This document shows positions 1-9,328 of a stretch of 64,000 nucleotides of DNA, piece after piece. Location: positions 128,001 through 192,000 of the forward strand of contig OY820591.1 of NCBI GenBank assembly GCA_963555985.3. The letters run 5' to 3'. Origin of the DNA: Dehalococcoidia bacterium (lineage in GTDB: Bacteria > Chloroflexota > Dehalococcoidia > Bin125). A program made the translations under genes and the position numbers. Position 1 is the stretch's first letter, and every line of letters starts with the position of its first letter. The notes under the pieces were generated by a model. It saw only the letters and a program-made list of their open reading frames with translations. It did no database searches and was not told the DNA's origin.

Positions 1-302
1 AGGTGAACGCCGACCTCACGCTCGGAGACCGCATCCTCTTCGTCGATCAGTCCAACGACGACCGTCTAGGCGCGCCGGACGGGATGAAGGTGGATAGCGA
101 GGGTCGGCTGTGGACGACGGGCGCGGGTGGGGTCTCAGTCCACGCCGCCGACGGCGCCTACCTCGGTGTCTTCGAGATGGACGAACACGCCGCCAACCTC
201 ACCTTCGGTGGCGATGATTTTTCGACGCTCTACATGACGGCGGGGACGAGTCTCTACAGCATTGAGACGTCGGTGCGCGGGATCGTGCCGGGTTCGCGGT
301 AG
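1..302 (+). CDS. SMP-30/gluconolactonase/LRE family protein, C-terminal part
   Basis: GAPDGMKVDSEGRLW and ANLTFGG motifs; truncated by the window edge. Confidence 0.85.
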   Translation, partial: VNADLTLGDRILFVDQSNDDRLGAPDGMKVDSEGRLWTTGAGGVSVHAADGAYLGVFEMDEHAANLTFGGDDFSTLYMTAGTSLYSIETSVRGIVPGSR

Positions 303-311
303 GGCAATGCT

Positions 312-342
312 CCGTCATTGCCGCGCTTGCCGCGGCAATCTC
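312..342. repeat. GTCAT-type REP-like palindrome
   Basis: CCGTCATTGCCGCG-CTTGC-CGCGGCAATCTC; same family recurs more than 10 times in the window. Confidence 0.85.
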
Positions 343-525
343 GCCGCGCTGTGCACTGACGTCCGAGCTGGAACGGCGAGTGATCCCCGCCTTTGGAGGC
401 CTGTGCAAAACGCCCGTTTCCGTCATTCCCGCGCAGGGAGGCCTTTGCAAAACAGCCATTTCCGTCATTCCAGGCTTGACCTGGAATCTCGTTCGGAGTT
501 CGGTCTATCCGGTCGGGCGAGATTC

Positions 526-1565
526 CCTAGTCTCACAGACGAAGTGCGACAGATGATTGAGGTGAGCCCATGGGCGCGCAGTACACGCAGTTGGACCTGG
601 CGGAGCGATGCGCGGTTGCCCGCTTACAGGCCGAGGGGCGCTCGATCCGGCAGATCGCTGCAGCTCTGGATCGCTCGCCATCGACGATTGCTCGAGAGCT
701 GAAACGCAACACGGCGCGCGACGGCTACCGTCCCGACTACGCCCAGCAACAGGCCCAGGCGCGGCGCTGGCGCGGTTCGCGGCTGGAACGCGACGATCAG
801 CTGCGCGCGCGGGTGCTGCGCGAGTTGGCCCGCGGGCTCTCGCCGCAACAGGTCGCAGGCCGGCTGGCGCGCGAGGCGGGCGCGCCGGTGATCTCGCACG
901 AGAGCATCTATCGCTTCATCTACGCCCAAGCCTCGCGGGCCAAGCCCGGCCGCGGCGGCGGTTGGCGCCAGTATCTGCCGCGGCGCAAGGCGAAACGCGG
1001 TTGGCGCGGGCGCAAAGGCGGCAGTTCGGTCGAGCGCATCCAACTGCGGCGGCCCCTGAGCGAGCGCCCGGCGGCGGCCGCCGGGCGGCTCGAAGCCGGT
1101 CACTGGGAGGCCGACCTGATGCTCTTCGGGCGCGGCGGTCCGCTCCTGCTGATGCTGCACGAGCGCTCCTCGCGGCTGCTCGTGGGCTTGCCCGTGGCGG
1201 GCAAGGCGGCCGCTCCGGTCGCGCGCCTGCTGCTCAGCCTGCTCCGCGCCTGGCCGCCCGCCCTGCGGCGCACGGTCGCGTTCGACAACGGGACCGAGTT
1301 CGCCCGCCACTACGAACTGCACCGGCTGGGCGTGGAGACCTTCTTCTGCGACCCCTACGCGCCCTGGCAGAAGGGCGGGATCGAGAATGCGATCGGACGC
1401 CTGCGCCGGGTCCTGCCGCGCCGGCTCGACCTCGCCCAACTCAGCCTCGCGCGTTTGATCGAAGTGCTGCAGTTGTACAACAACACCCCCCGCCAGTGCC
1501 TCGACTACCTCTCCCCGGCCGAAGTCTTCGGTCGGCAGTTGTTGCAGTTGCAATGTGAACCCACC
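526..1565 (+). mobile_element. IS30-family insertion sequence
   Basis: Imperfect ~25-bp IRs (526-550; 1541-1565); TTC(C) target duplication deduced from the empty site near 44200-44216. Confidence 0.85.
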
Positions 1566-1586
1566 TTCCAGCTTTCGCTGGAATGA
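570..1586 (+). CDS. IS30-family transposase
   Basis: HTH (SIRQIAAALDRSPSTIARELKRN), ISHESIY, GHWEAD, DNGTEF, PWQKGGIEN DDE motifs. Confidence 0.95.
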   Translation: MGAQYTQLDLAERCAVARLQAEGRSIRQIAAALDRSPSTIARELKRNTARDGYRPDYAQQQAQARRWRGSRLERDDQLRARVLRELARGLSPQQVAGRLAREAGAPVISHESIYRFIYAQASRAKPGRGGGWRQYLPRRKAKRGWRGRKGGSSVERIQLRRPLSERPAAAAGRLEAGHWEADLMLFGRGGPLLLMLHERSSRLLVGLPVAGKAAAPVARLLLSLLRAWPPALRRTVAFDNGTEFARHYELHRLGVETFFCDPYAPWQKGGIENAIGRLRRVLPRRLDLAQLSLARLIEVLQLYNNTPRQCLDYLSPAEVFGRQLLQLQCEPTFQLSLE

Positions 1587-1990
1587 CGAGAGCAGCGGGA
1601 ATGCCAATTTGCAAAGGCCTCCGCAGGCGGGAATCTCGAAGCAACCAAGCCCGAAGCCACCTCCACATCTGGTCGTACCGCCAAATTCACATCGCGCGAT
1701 CCGCTCCTCCGAGTCCTCAGCCGCCCGCAGTGGATTTTCGCAAACGTTTCCTCGGGCCTGTTCACACAACCACGAGCGCGGTCGGCCCGCACGCGCGCCG
1801 GTCTCGAGGCTGAGCCTCGGCGCTCCGCTCCCCGCCCTCCGCAACCGAGCCGAAACCGGGTATGCTCAGAACATATACGCGCACGAATCCAATGGGAGCT
1901 CGCGATGTTCCGTGAACGACTCGCGCCAAACCTGGACGCTGCTGGACAGGCCCGGATTCTTCGGGAAAAATCTGCCCGAATCGAGATCAA

Positions 1991-2040
1991 TCCAGACGGA
2001 TCTGGACAAATCTGGACAGATCTGGACAAATCCAGACCCG
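1991..2040. repeat. 10-bp-period tandem repeat (TCTGGACAAA-like x5)
   Basis: TCCAGACGGA TCTGGACAAA TCTGGACAGA TCTGGACAAA TCCAGACCCG. Confidence 0.8.
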
Positions 2041-2140
2041 CGAACGCGCGATCCTCAGCGCTCAACAGGAGATCCGCTCAATCCCTCCGAAATTCTCCCG
2101 CCAAACAGCGCCGACACACTTCGCGCAGTGTGAACACGTC

Positions 2141-2632
2141 CTAGCCCGCCTCGCGCAGCACCGACTCGAACACCGCCAGCGTCCGCTTCGTGAACAGCCA
2201 CATGTTCTCTTCGCGGTCTTCGAGGCCGGTTTCGAGGGTTTCGACATATTCCGTCGGGCCGGCGATCGCGATGCAGGTGTGGCCGGAGGCATCCCCATAA
2301 ACATTCCCGCCCGGACCCGCCGCGCCCGTCTCGCCGATGCCCCAGGTCGCGCCGAGCCGCTCGCGGATCGTCTCGGCGATGATCTGCGCGTAGGGTTCGC
2401 TGCTGGATCGGACACCCGGGTAGTCGTCAAGCTCGATTTCGAGGAAGGTCGAGCGCGCCACCCCCGTGTAGGTCACGGCCGCGCCCGCGTAGTAGCGCGA
2501 GGCGCCCGGGATCGAGAGCAGCGCCGCCGAGACCAGCCCGCCCGCCGTCGTCTCGCAGATGGCGACGGTCTCGCCCCGCTCTCGCAACAGTCCCGCGATC
2601 GCCTCGGCCATCGGTTGCAGTGATTCGGCCAT
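2141..2632 (-). CDS. CinA C-terminal domain / NMN deamidase (PncC)-like protein
   Basis: TVAICETTAGGLVSAALLSIPGASRYY, GETGAAGPGG; start moved to ATG at 2632. Confidence 0.85.
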   Translation of the reverse strand: MAESLQPMAEAIAGLLRERGETVAICETTAGGLVSAALLSIPGASRYYAGAAVTYTGVARSTFLEIELDDYPGVRSSSEPYAQIIAETIRERLGATWGIGETGAAGPGGNVYGDASGHTCIAIAGPTEYVETLETGLEDREENMWLFTKRTLAVFESVLREAG

Positions 2633-2701
2633 GATTCCTCCGTCCGCGTTCGCCCAGGCGATAGTATCGGGCAAGATTGCAGCGCTTGCAGGAGGACCGT
2701 C

Positions 2702-3520
2702 ATGAGCACACCGATCCGCGTCCACGTCGTCGCCGGAGGATTCCCGCCCGGCAAACACGCCGGACATGACATCGACTACGCGCGGATGCGCATCCTGATG
2801 GCGTTGCAGTCGAACGAGGACGTGCACACCACCGTGAGCAGCGACTTCAGCGACTGCCACAAGTGGATCCGCGACGCTCACCTGCTGATCTGCTATGTGG
2901 CGGGGCCGTTCGCGGACGAGTACCAGACCGGCATAATCCGCGACTGGCTTGGCGAGGGCGGTCGCTGGCTGGCGCTGCACGGGAGCACCGGCGGCAAGGC
3001 CGAGCGCATCGGCCGCGACGACAACCGGCGACGCCTCGTCAAGATGGACTACCACGAGGCGCTAGGCGGATTCTTCATGACTCACCCGCCGATCCGCGAG
3101 ATGGACGTCAAGGTCTCCGACCACAACCACCCGCTCACCTACAACCTGCCCAACAACTTCCCAGTCCAGGACGAGCCCTACATGGTCGAGGTGATCCACC
3201 CCGACACGCAGGTGTTGCTGACCACCGAAGACATCGAGTCGCCGCCTTACGTCGAGGAGATCTACGGCGGCGACCTCTCGCTCTTGCCCGACGGCAAGTC
3301 GCACGCGCTCGGTTTCGCTCGCAAGGTCGGGGAGGGCGAAGTCGCCTACATCGCGCCGGGCCACTGCCACACGCCGCTGACCAACGGCCAGCGATCGGTG
3401 CATGAGAGCATCTCGCCGGACGGCAGCGTGCCGCTGCACTTCCGCGGTCCGTGGGAGACCGACGCTTACGAGCAACTGCTGAAGAATGCGATCGACTGGG
3501 GCACGGGGGTCAATGGGTAG
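2702..3520 (+). CDS. ThuA-like domain protein
   Basis: GGRWLALHG, GGFFMTHPP, DEPY, YIAPGH pattern. Confidence 0.75.
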   Translation: MSTPIRVHVVAGGFPPGKHAGHDIDYARMRILMALQSNEDVHTTVSSDFSDCHKWIRDAHLLICYVAGPFADEYQTGIIRDWLGEGGRWLALHGSTGGKAERIGRDDNRRRLVKMDYHEALGGFFMTHPPIREMDVKVSDHNHPLTYNLPNNFPVQDEPYMVEVIHPDTQVLLTTEDIESPPYVEEIYGGDLSLLPDGKSHALGFARKVGEGEVAYIAPGHCHTPLTNGQRSVHESISPDGSVPLHFRGPWETDAYEQLLKNAIDWGTGVNG

Positions 3521-3565
3521 CGCAGCCGACTGCCCAGGTGGCGGCATTCGATGTACAATGACTGA

Positions 3566-3642
3566 GCACATTTGCAGAGGCGCTTAGGCATCGAGCCGAA
3601 CGCCGCACCCTACGGCCGCTTTCGGGCGGTCGTAGTCGTTTC
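3566..3642 (+). ncRNA. Putative DUF3800-associated structured RNA / terminator-like leader
   Basis: TACAAT -10 at 3554-3559; hairpin 3579-3604; 11-bp stem with UUCG loop 3610-3635 followed by UCGUUU. Confidence 0.55.
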
Positions 3643-3650
3643 ACACTCCT

Positions 3651-4475
3651 ATGTACGTTTGCTACGTCGACGAGTCAGGTGGGTTTGAGGCGCCGAATTC
3701 GGGAAGCGGCGCAACGCCGCTGATGGTGATCGCTGGGTTGATCGTCCCGGCAACGGCCATTTCTGCGATGACTGAGGATCTTCTGTTCTTGAACCGCGAA
3801 TTTTACCCGAACCGAACGTCGCGGAGACTCGACGATGTTCTGCTGGAGATCAAAGGGTCGGCGCTTCGCGCGCAGGCTCGCTCAGACCGGCGCCGCAGCC
3901 GGCGACATGCGATTCAGCTCCTCGATCGCATTGTTGGACTCCTAGAGCGGCATGAAGTCCGGCTGTTGGGCCGCGTATGGATCAAAGAGCCAACCGAGGG
4001 GCTGGAGCCGCGAGCGACCTATACATTCTCGATTCAAGACATCGCAAGGCACTTCAACCACTTTTTGGAGGCGCAGGATTCAGAGGGCATCATCTTGTGC
4101 GACAGCAGAAGGCACGCCCAAGACGTCCAGGTCGCGCACTCCATCTTTACCCAGAAGCACAAGGCTTCCGGAGATGAGTTTCCTCGCCTCATCGAACCGG
4201 TCGTGTTCGGCCGAAGTGAGAATCATGCCGGCCTGCAGATCGCGGATATCGTGGCATCAAGCCTGCTCTTCCCGATCGGGGCGCGCGTGTATTGCAGCCA
4301 AGAGACAGGCGGAGTCCACTCGGATCCGAGATTTGACGACCTTCGCCTGAGATACTCCTCCCGCCTGGGCGCTCGCCGGTATCTCTACGTTGATTCCGCC
4401 GGGAAGACGCGGGGCGGTGTGGTAGTCAGCGACAGACTGACCAGAAAACCGTCCGGGTTACTCTTTCGGTTGTGA
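3651..4475 (+). CDS. DUF3800 domain protein (RNase H-like fold)
   Basis: N-terminal YVDESG, EIKGS, C-terminal LQIADIVA; less GC-biased codons than neighbours. Confidence 0.85.
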   Translation: MYVCYVDESGGFEAPNSGSGATPLMVIAGLIVPATAISAMTEDLLFLNREFYPNRTSRRLDDVLLEIKGSALRAQARSDRRRSRRHAIQLLDRIVGLLERHEVRLLGRVWIKEPTEGLEPRATYTFSIQDIARHFNHFLEAQDSEGIILCDSRRHAQDVQVAHSIFTQKHKASGDEFPRLIEPVVFGRSENHAGLQIADIVASSLLFPIGARVYCSQETGGVHSDPRFDDLRLRYSSRLGARRYLYVDSAGKTRGGVVVSDRLTRKPSGLLFRL

Positions 4476-4586
4476 TCGCAGCGAATTGCATCCCGTAGCC
4501 TGCCTTTGGCTCGAACAGAGGCGCAATCAGGACTCCCGCCCAATCATGATCCCTCCGATTCCCACACACCCGAACAGACCCGACCC

Positions 4587-6089
4587 ATGACCACCAACGC
4601 CGACCTCGAACACCTCGCCGAACTCCGCCGCCGCCGCGACGAATTCTTCGCACCCAATCCTGACGCCGAAGAACGCGCGCACGGACGCGGACTCCTCACC
4701 GCCAACGAGCGAATCAACCTGCTGCTCGATCCCGGCAGCCAGTGGGCGTTCGGCTACGGCCTGGGACCAACTCCGCTGCAGCTGGGCTTCGGCGAGATTC
4801 ACGGCCGGCCGGTGCTCTACAAGGCGCACGACGCGTCCGGCGGCGTAGGCGCGTACAACCTGCGCTCGCGGGTCAACATGCGCGCCGTCGGACACATCGT
4901 CGACAAGGCCGCCCTGCCCATGTTCTACCTCTTCCAGGGCGCGGGTGGACAGATCGAGGACCACATCATGTCCTCGGGTTTCTCCGCCGTCGGCGGCCAG
5001 AACGTCGGTGCCCGCTCCAGCGTGCCCCGACGCGGCGGCGTCTATACCGCCATCCTCGGCAACTCGTTCGCTCCTTGGGCCGCGTCGGTCGCCGACTTCT
5101 CGGTGATGACCCCACGCGCCACGGCGACTTTCGTTAGTCCCTTCATCATCGAGTTCGCCACCGGCAAACGCCCCGATCTCTACGAGATGGGCGGCGTCGA
5201 CGTCCATACCAAGCTCACGGGACAGATCTGCCGACGCGCCGAGGACGAAGCCGAGGCGATGGAAACGCTCCGCACCTGCTTCTCCTATCTCCCCGGCCAC
5301 GCCTTCGAGTCCGCCCCCCGCGTCATGTCCGGCGACCCCAAGGATCGCTGTGACGAAGAGCTGCGCACGCTGGTACCGAAGTATCCCAACCGTCCCTATG
5401 AAGTGCGCAAGATCATCGAGCGGGTCGTCGACCGCGACAGCTTCTTCGAGTGGCAGCCCGAGTTCGGCATGAACCTGGTCACGGGCTTCGCCCGCCTGGA
5501 CGGGCACACAGTCGCGATCATGGCGAATCAGCCCAGAGTGCGCGGCGGCGCGATCGACATGAACGCCTTAATCAAGGCGCGGCGCATGGTCAAGACCGCC
5601 CGAACCTTCTCTCTGCCGCTACTTACCTTCTGCGACACGCCGGGAATCATGACCACGCAGGAAGAAGAACACAAAGGGCTGCTGACCGAGACCACGATCT
5701 ACATCTCCGAGAAGATGGCCTCAGAGGTACAGACCGTCTGCGTCACGCTGGGCAAAGGCATCGGCATGGGCTACTTCATCATGGGCGGCAGCGATCCGGA
5801 GGCGATCACGCTCTCCTGGCCGACGACCCAGATCGCTTATCTGGGACCGGAAGGCGGCGCGGCGGTCGTGTATCGCAAGGCCTTGGCTGCGGCAGAGCCG
5901 GACGACCATCGCCGATTGCTCGACGAACTGGCCGAGCCCTTCCGCCGCAACATGAACCCCTGGCGCGGCGCTCAGATGGCCACGATCGACAACATCATCG
6001 ATCCCGTAGAGACGCGACCGCGCGTGATTCAGGCGTTTGAAGCCCTGCGCCGCAGATCAACTCACCGGGGACGTGGAGGACGCAGATGA
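4587..6089 (+). CDS. Divergent acyl-CoA carboxylase carboxyltransferase (beta-like) subunit
   Basis: LTANERINLLLD, VTGFARLDG, ANQP..GGAID, DTPG, IIDPVETR. Confidence 0.85.
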   Translation: MTTNADLEHLAELRRRRDEFFAPNPDAEERAHGRGLLTANERINLLLDPGSQWAFGYGLGPTPLQLGFGEIHGRPVLYKAHDASGGVGAYNLRSRVNMRAVGHIVDKAALPMFYLFQGAGGQIEDHIMSSGFSAVGGQNVGARSSVPRRGGVYTAILGNSFAPWAASVADFSVMTPRATATFVSPFIIEFATGKRPDLYEMGGVDVHTKLTGQICRRAEDEAEAMETLRTCFSYLPGHAFESAPRVMSGDPKDRCDEELRTLVPKYPNRPYEVRKIIERVVDRDSFFEWQPEFGMNLVTGFARLDGHTVAIMANQPRVRGGAIDMNALIKARRMVKTARTFSLPLLTFCDTPGIMTTQEEEHKGLLTETTIYISEKMASEVQTVCVTLGKGIGMGYFIMGGSDPEAITLSWPTTQIAYLGPEGGAAVVYRKALAAAEPDDHRRLLDELAEPFRRNMNPWRGAQMATIDNIIDPVETRPRVIQAFEALRRRSTHRGRGGRR

Positions 6090-7519
6090 CCACCCGACCA
6101 AAACGACACATCAGCCCCGAGAAGAACCTGACCATGGAGCAGCGGCTCCAGCGGGTTGATGCGGAACGGGCGCGTATTGAGTCGTTCGACCGCGACCGCG
6201 AATTGCAGCCGGGTCAGCTCACGCCGCGCGAGCGGATCGCCGCGCTGGTCGACGCGGGCACGTTCCTCGAAATCGGCGCGTTCGCCAAGAGCCAGCATCG
6301 TGAGGCGGCGGCGCAGACGCCCGCCGACGGCGTGATCACGGGCTATGCCGAGATCGGCGGTCGCCGCGTCATCGTTCTGGCCGAGGATCCGGTTGCGCTG
6401 GCTCGCACCGATGCGCAGGTGGGTAAGGTCAAGCGCAACCGGATGCTCTCCAGCGCGGTCTACCGCCGCTTGCCGCTGGTCTATCTGGCCGACGGCACGC
6501 CTGAGGAGTCGCCCGAGTTCGACATGCACCGGGGCTACCTGCTCAGCCGCGTGGCGGAGCAGGCGCCCGCCCGCGACATCGCCGAGCGTGAAGCGCCGTT
6601 CGTGACGATTGCCTTCGGCCTGTGCGCTGGCCAGAACGGATCGCTGGCGGTGCGCTCCGACCTGCTGATCGCCACGCCGGCGGCGCGTCTGGGCGGACTG
6701 GGCGGCTCGCCGGAGAGCATCGCCGACCTGGTCTGCGACGACGAGTCCGGCGCGATCGCCAGCGCGCGACGGTTCCTGAGCACTGTTCCCGAAGAGCTCG
6801 ACACACCGCTAGCGCCGCTCAGCGATACGCCGGCGGCGCCGATCCGCGTCCTCGCGGAGGAGGAGCTGTCGGCGACGCCGCGCGAGCAGTTCGAAGCCAT
6901 CTTTGACTTCGAGGGAGCAGTCCTGCTCAGTCCGGCGGACGGGAACTGCTTTGTGGGTCTGGGCCGGATTAGGGGTTTTCCAGTCGCGTTCGCCTTGACC
7001 GGCGGTTCGCCTCGTCCGGCGCTCAACACAGCCGACATGAAACGGATCGCCCGCGCTGCGAGCTGGAGCGCTAACTACCAGATCCCCTTCTTCTCAACTC
7101 AGGACACGCTCGGTTACGACCCGCATGACGCAGCGACACCGGAGTTCATGCACGCCGCTGCGCGCGCGGTGGAGTCGTTGCGGGCGTCGCACGCAGCCAA
7201 GATCACGATCATCACCGGCTGGGGCTACATGCTGGGCGATTTCGCCCTGGGCGGAATGGGTACCGGCTTCGATCTGCTCTGGTGCTGGCCCTCGGGCCGG
7301 GTGGGCGTGACCGAGAGTCCGGGCTACCTGGCTCGTGATCCGGATTCGCCGCCTGCCGATGATCCCTGGTCGGCGGCGGAGCTGGGCATCGTCTCGGAGA
7401 TGCTCACGCCTGCGGATACTCGCGATTGGCTGGTGCGGGCGCTGCGGCTGATTGGTCCGGGGCGGGCGCTGCCCGCTGCCCACTACGATCGCGGCCAGCA
7501 GATCCACGACATGACCTGA
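6086..7519 (+). CDS. Highly divergent carboxyltransferase-domain protein
   Basis: LTPRERIAALVDAGTFLEIG, PADGVITG; ATGA overlap with previous gene. Confidence 0.75.
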   Translation: MTTRPKRHISPEKNLTMEQRLQRVDAERARIESFDRDRELQPGQLTPRERIAALVDAGTFLEIGAFAKSQHREAAAQTPADGVITGYAEIGGRRVIVLAEDPVALARTDAQVGKVKRNRMLSSAVYRRLPLVYLADGTPEESPEFDMHRGYLLSRVAEQAPARDIAEREAPFVTIAFGLCAGQNGSLAVRSDLLIATPAARLGGLGGSPESIADLVCDDESGAIASARRFLSTVPEELDTPLAPLSDTPAAPIRVLAEEELSATPREQFEAIFDFEGAVLLSPADGNCFVGLGRIRGFPVAFALTGGSPRPALNTADMKRIARAASWSANYQIPFFSTQDTLGYDPHDAATPEFMHAAARAVESLRASHAAKITIITGWGYMLGDFALGGMGTGFDLLWCWPSGRVGVTESPGYLARDPDSPPADDPWSAAELGIVSEMLTPADTRDWLVRALRLIGPGRALPAAHYDRGQQIHDMT

Positions 7520-7563
7520 GCCTGCCTACGAGCATCCTCCCTCAAGCAGCTTGCCTGCTTCGT

Positions 7564-8391
7564 CTACCGATCCTCAACTCCCTCAAACAGCACCTCGCGC
7601 ATGATCTTGCCGTTCCCGCGGACACGCTCGAAGTCGGCTTCGTTCAGCCGACCGCTTGGGAGTGGGGCGTGAGTGAAGTGGCCGTAGCGATCTTCTCCGC
7701 TGACGTGGGCGACCAGCGGCTTGATTCCGCTGCGCTGGGCCATGGATGGGGTGATGTAGCGCAACGCGGCACCGATCCGGCGATCGTCGCTGCCGTTCGG
7801 GTTGGAGGCGTGGAAGAGGTGTCCGTGGTGCAGCGAGACCTGCCCGGGTCTGAGCACCACGTCGACCGCATCGTCCTCGTCGACTTCGACCTCAATCTCC
7901 TGCCCGCGCGTGAGCAGATTCTGCTCCGCGTGGGTATCGAAGTGACTGACGATCGGCTCCTTGTGCGTACCCGCCACGAAGCGCATACAGCCGCTCTCAA
8001 TCGTGGCTGGTGAGAGCGCCACCCAGGCGGTGACCTCCATTTGCTGGTCAAGTCCCCAGTAGGTCAGATCCTGGTGCCAACTCACGTAATCCGGAGTGCG
8101 CGGCTCCTTGATGAAGAGTCCGCTGCCCCAGACGAGCAGATCAGGGCCGAGTACCTCGGAGACCGCCTCGATCAGACGCGGATGCCGGATCAGTTCAGCG
8201 AAGGAGGGGAGGACGTGAGCGGGGCTGCTGCGCAGCATGGCAAGCTCAGCGGGACGGTCGGCGAGTTCGGCCTCGGCAGCCTCAAAGTCGTCGCGGACGA
8301 CCCGGGCCTCCGCCTCGGTCAGGATGTCGACGGGGAAGTAGAAGCCGTCGCGCTCGTAGACGTGGGCGATCTCAGAGGTCGATGTGGTCAT
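7564..8391 (-). CDS. Phytanoyl-CoA dioxygenase (PhyH) family 2OG-Fe(II) dioxygenase
   Basis: WHQD (HxD), TAWVAL, H..HASNPN..DRR. Confidence 0.9.
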   Translation of the reverse strand: MTTSTSEIAHVYERDGFYFPVDILTEAEARVVRDDFEAAEAELADRPAELAMLRSSPAHVLPSFAELIRHPRLIEAVSEVLGPDLLVWGSGLFIKEPRTPDYVSWHQDLTYWGLDQQMEVTAWVALSPATIESGCMRFVAGTHKEPIVSHFDTHAEQNLLTRGQEIEVEVDEDDAVDVVLRPGQVSLHHGHLFHASNPNGSDDRRIGAALRYITPSMAQRSGIKPLVAHVSGEDRYGHFTHAPLPSGRLNEADFERVRGNGKIMREVLFEGVEDR

Positions 8392-8485
8392 GCTGCGCGT
8401 GCTCCGCTGAACGGTGGTGAACTGCGTCTCTCAGGCGCGAGTCTACCCCGTTCCCTTTCCCTCCTCACGCATCGTGAGGAAGAGC

Positions 8486-9232
8486 CTACGGAATCCCGAT
8501 CAACTCCGTGTCCGCGCCGAACCAGATGGTCTCAGCCGTATCCACCATCGGACCGAACGCATCCGGCGTGATCGTCTCGCCGTAGCGCGTCCAGCCTGAG
8601 GGGTCGCGGAAGTAGAGCTCCGCCATGCCCGCGTAGGGCTCGTCGTCGGGATCCATGCTGTGGCTGACCACGTAGCGCAGTCCTCCGACCTGGTGCATGG
8701 TCTGCTCGACGTTGGGCGCGTGGTCATCCAGCCAGGTAGCGAAGAACTCGTCCCAGTCGACTCCTTCTTTGGCTTTGACCAGGAATGTGACCTTGAACAG
8801 GTTGCTGCGAGTCGTCGGGAAGGGCTCGTTCAGCGTCAGCGGCACGACCGGCAAATCCTCGGCCCCGTCGATCACGACGTGCTCGGTCGTCGCCCAGGGC
8901 ACGAACGGCTCGACCTTCTGGTCGAACGTGTCCCTCGGCTCGGTGAACATGGGACCGTTGGGCTTGCGCAGCGGCCGGTCGAACCAGAGCTGGGCCATGC
9001 CGTCGTAGGTTGGCCGCTGCTCCTGCTTGCCCCGCTCGCCGTTGAACAGGGTGACTAGGTACTTGCGCGCCGGCTTGCGGCCGGCCGCTTTCGCGTCCTC
9101 TTGAGCCTGGAGCACGCCGGGCATGTGGTTCTTGTACCAGTGCGCGATCATCTCGTCGCGCGTGGCGTCTTCGCGCCGCCGGATCATGAACATCATCTTT
9201 GCGCCGGGCGTCGTTGTGATGGTGTCGCTCAT
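8486..9232 (-). CDS. Tandem EthD-domain protein
   Basis: Two repeats: HWYKNH...YDGMAQLWF and WLDDH...YAGMAELYF. Confidence 0.75.
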   Translation of the reverse strand: MSDTITTTPGAKMMFMIRRREDATRDEMIAHWYKNHMPGVLQAQEDAKAAGRKPARKYLVTLFNGERGKQEQRPTYDGMAQLWFDRPLRKPNGPMFTEPRDTFDQKVEPFVPWATTEHVVIDGAEDLPVVPLTLNEPFPTTRSNLFKVTFLVKAKEGVDWDEFFATWLDDHAPNVEQTMHQVGGLRYVVSHSMDPDDEPYAGMAELYFRDPSGWTRYGETITPDAFGPMVDTAETIWFGADTELIGIP

Positions 9233-9328
9233 CGTTAGCTCCTTGCGCACGGGCGAGCGCTGTTGAGTTTTGGCCGAGTCTACGCGCTGGAGCTTGCAAC
9301 CGTGCGGCCGAGCGCCCACAATCGCCAC

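Larger units (their letters stand above)
438..1621. mobile_element. 141-bp MITE interrupted by IS30; TIR GAGGCCTTTGCAAA, 6-bp TSD CGCAGG
   Basis: TIRs at 438-451 and 1608-1621; CGCAGG at 432-437 and 1622-1627; uninterrupted copy at 44155-44295. Confidence 0.85.

Noticed and set aside
262-702. Small ORFs with EIAAAERGNDG / SAGMTE-like peptides here and elsewhere
   Set aside because: Translations of intergenic palindromic repeats
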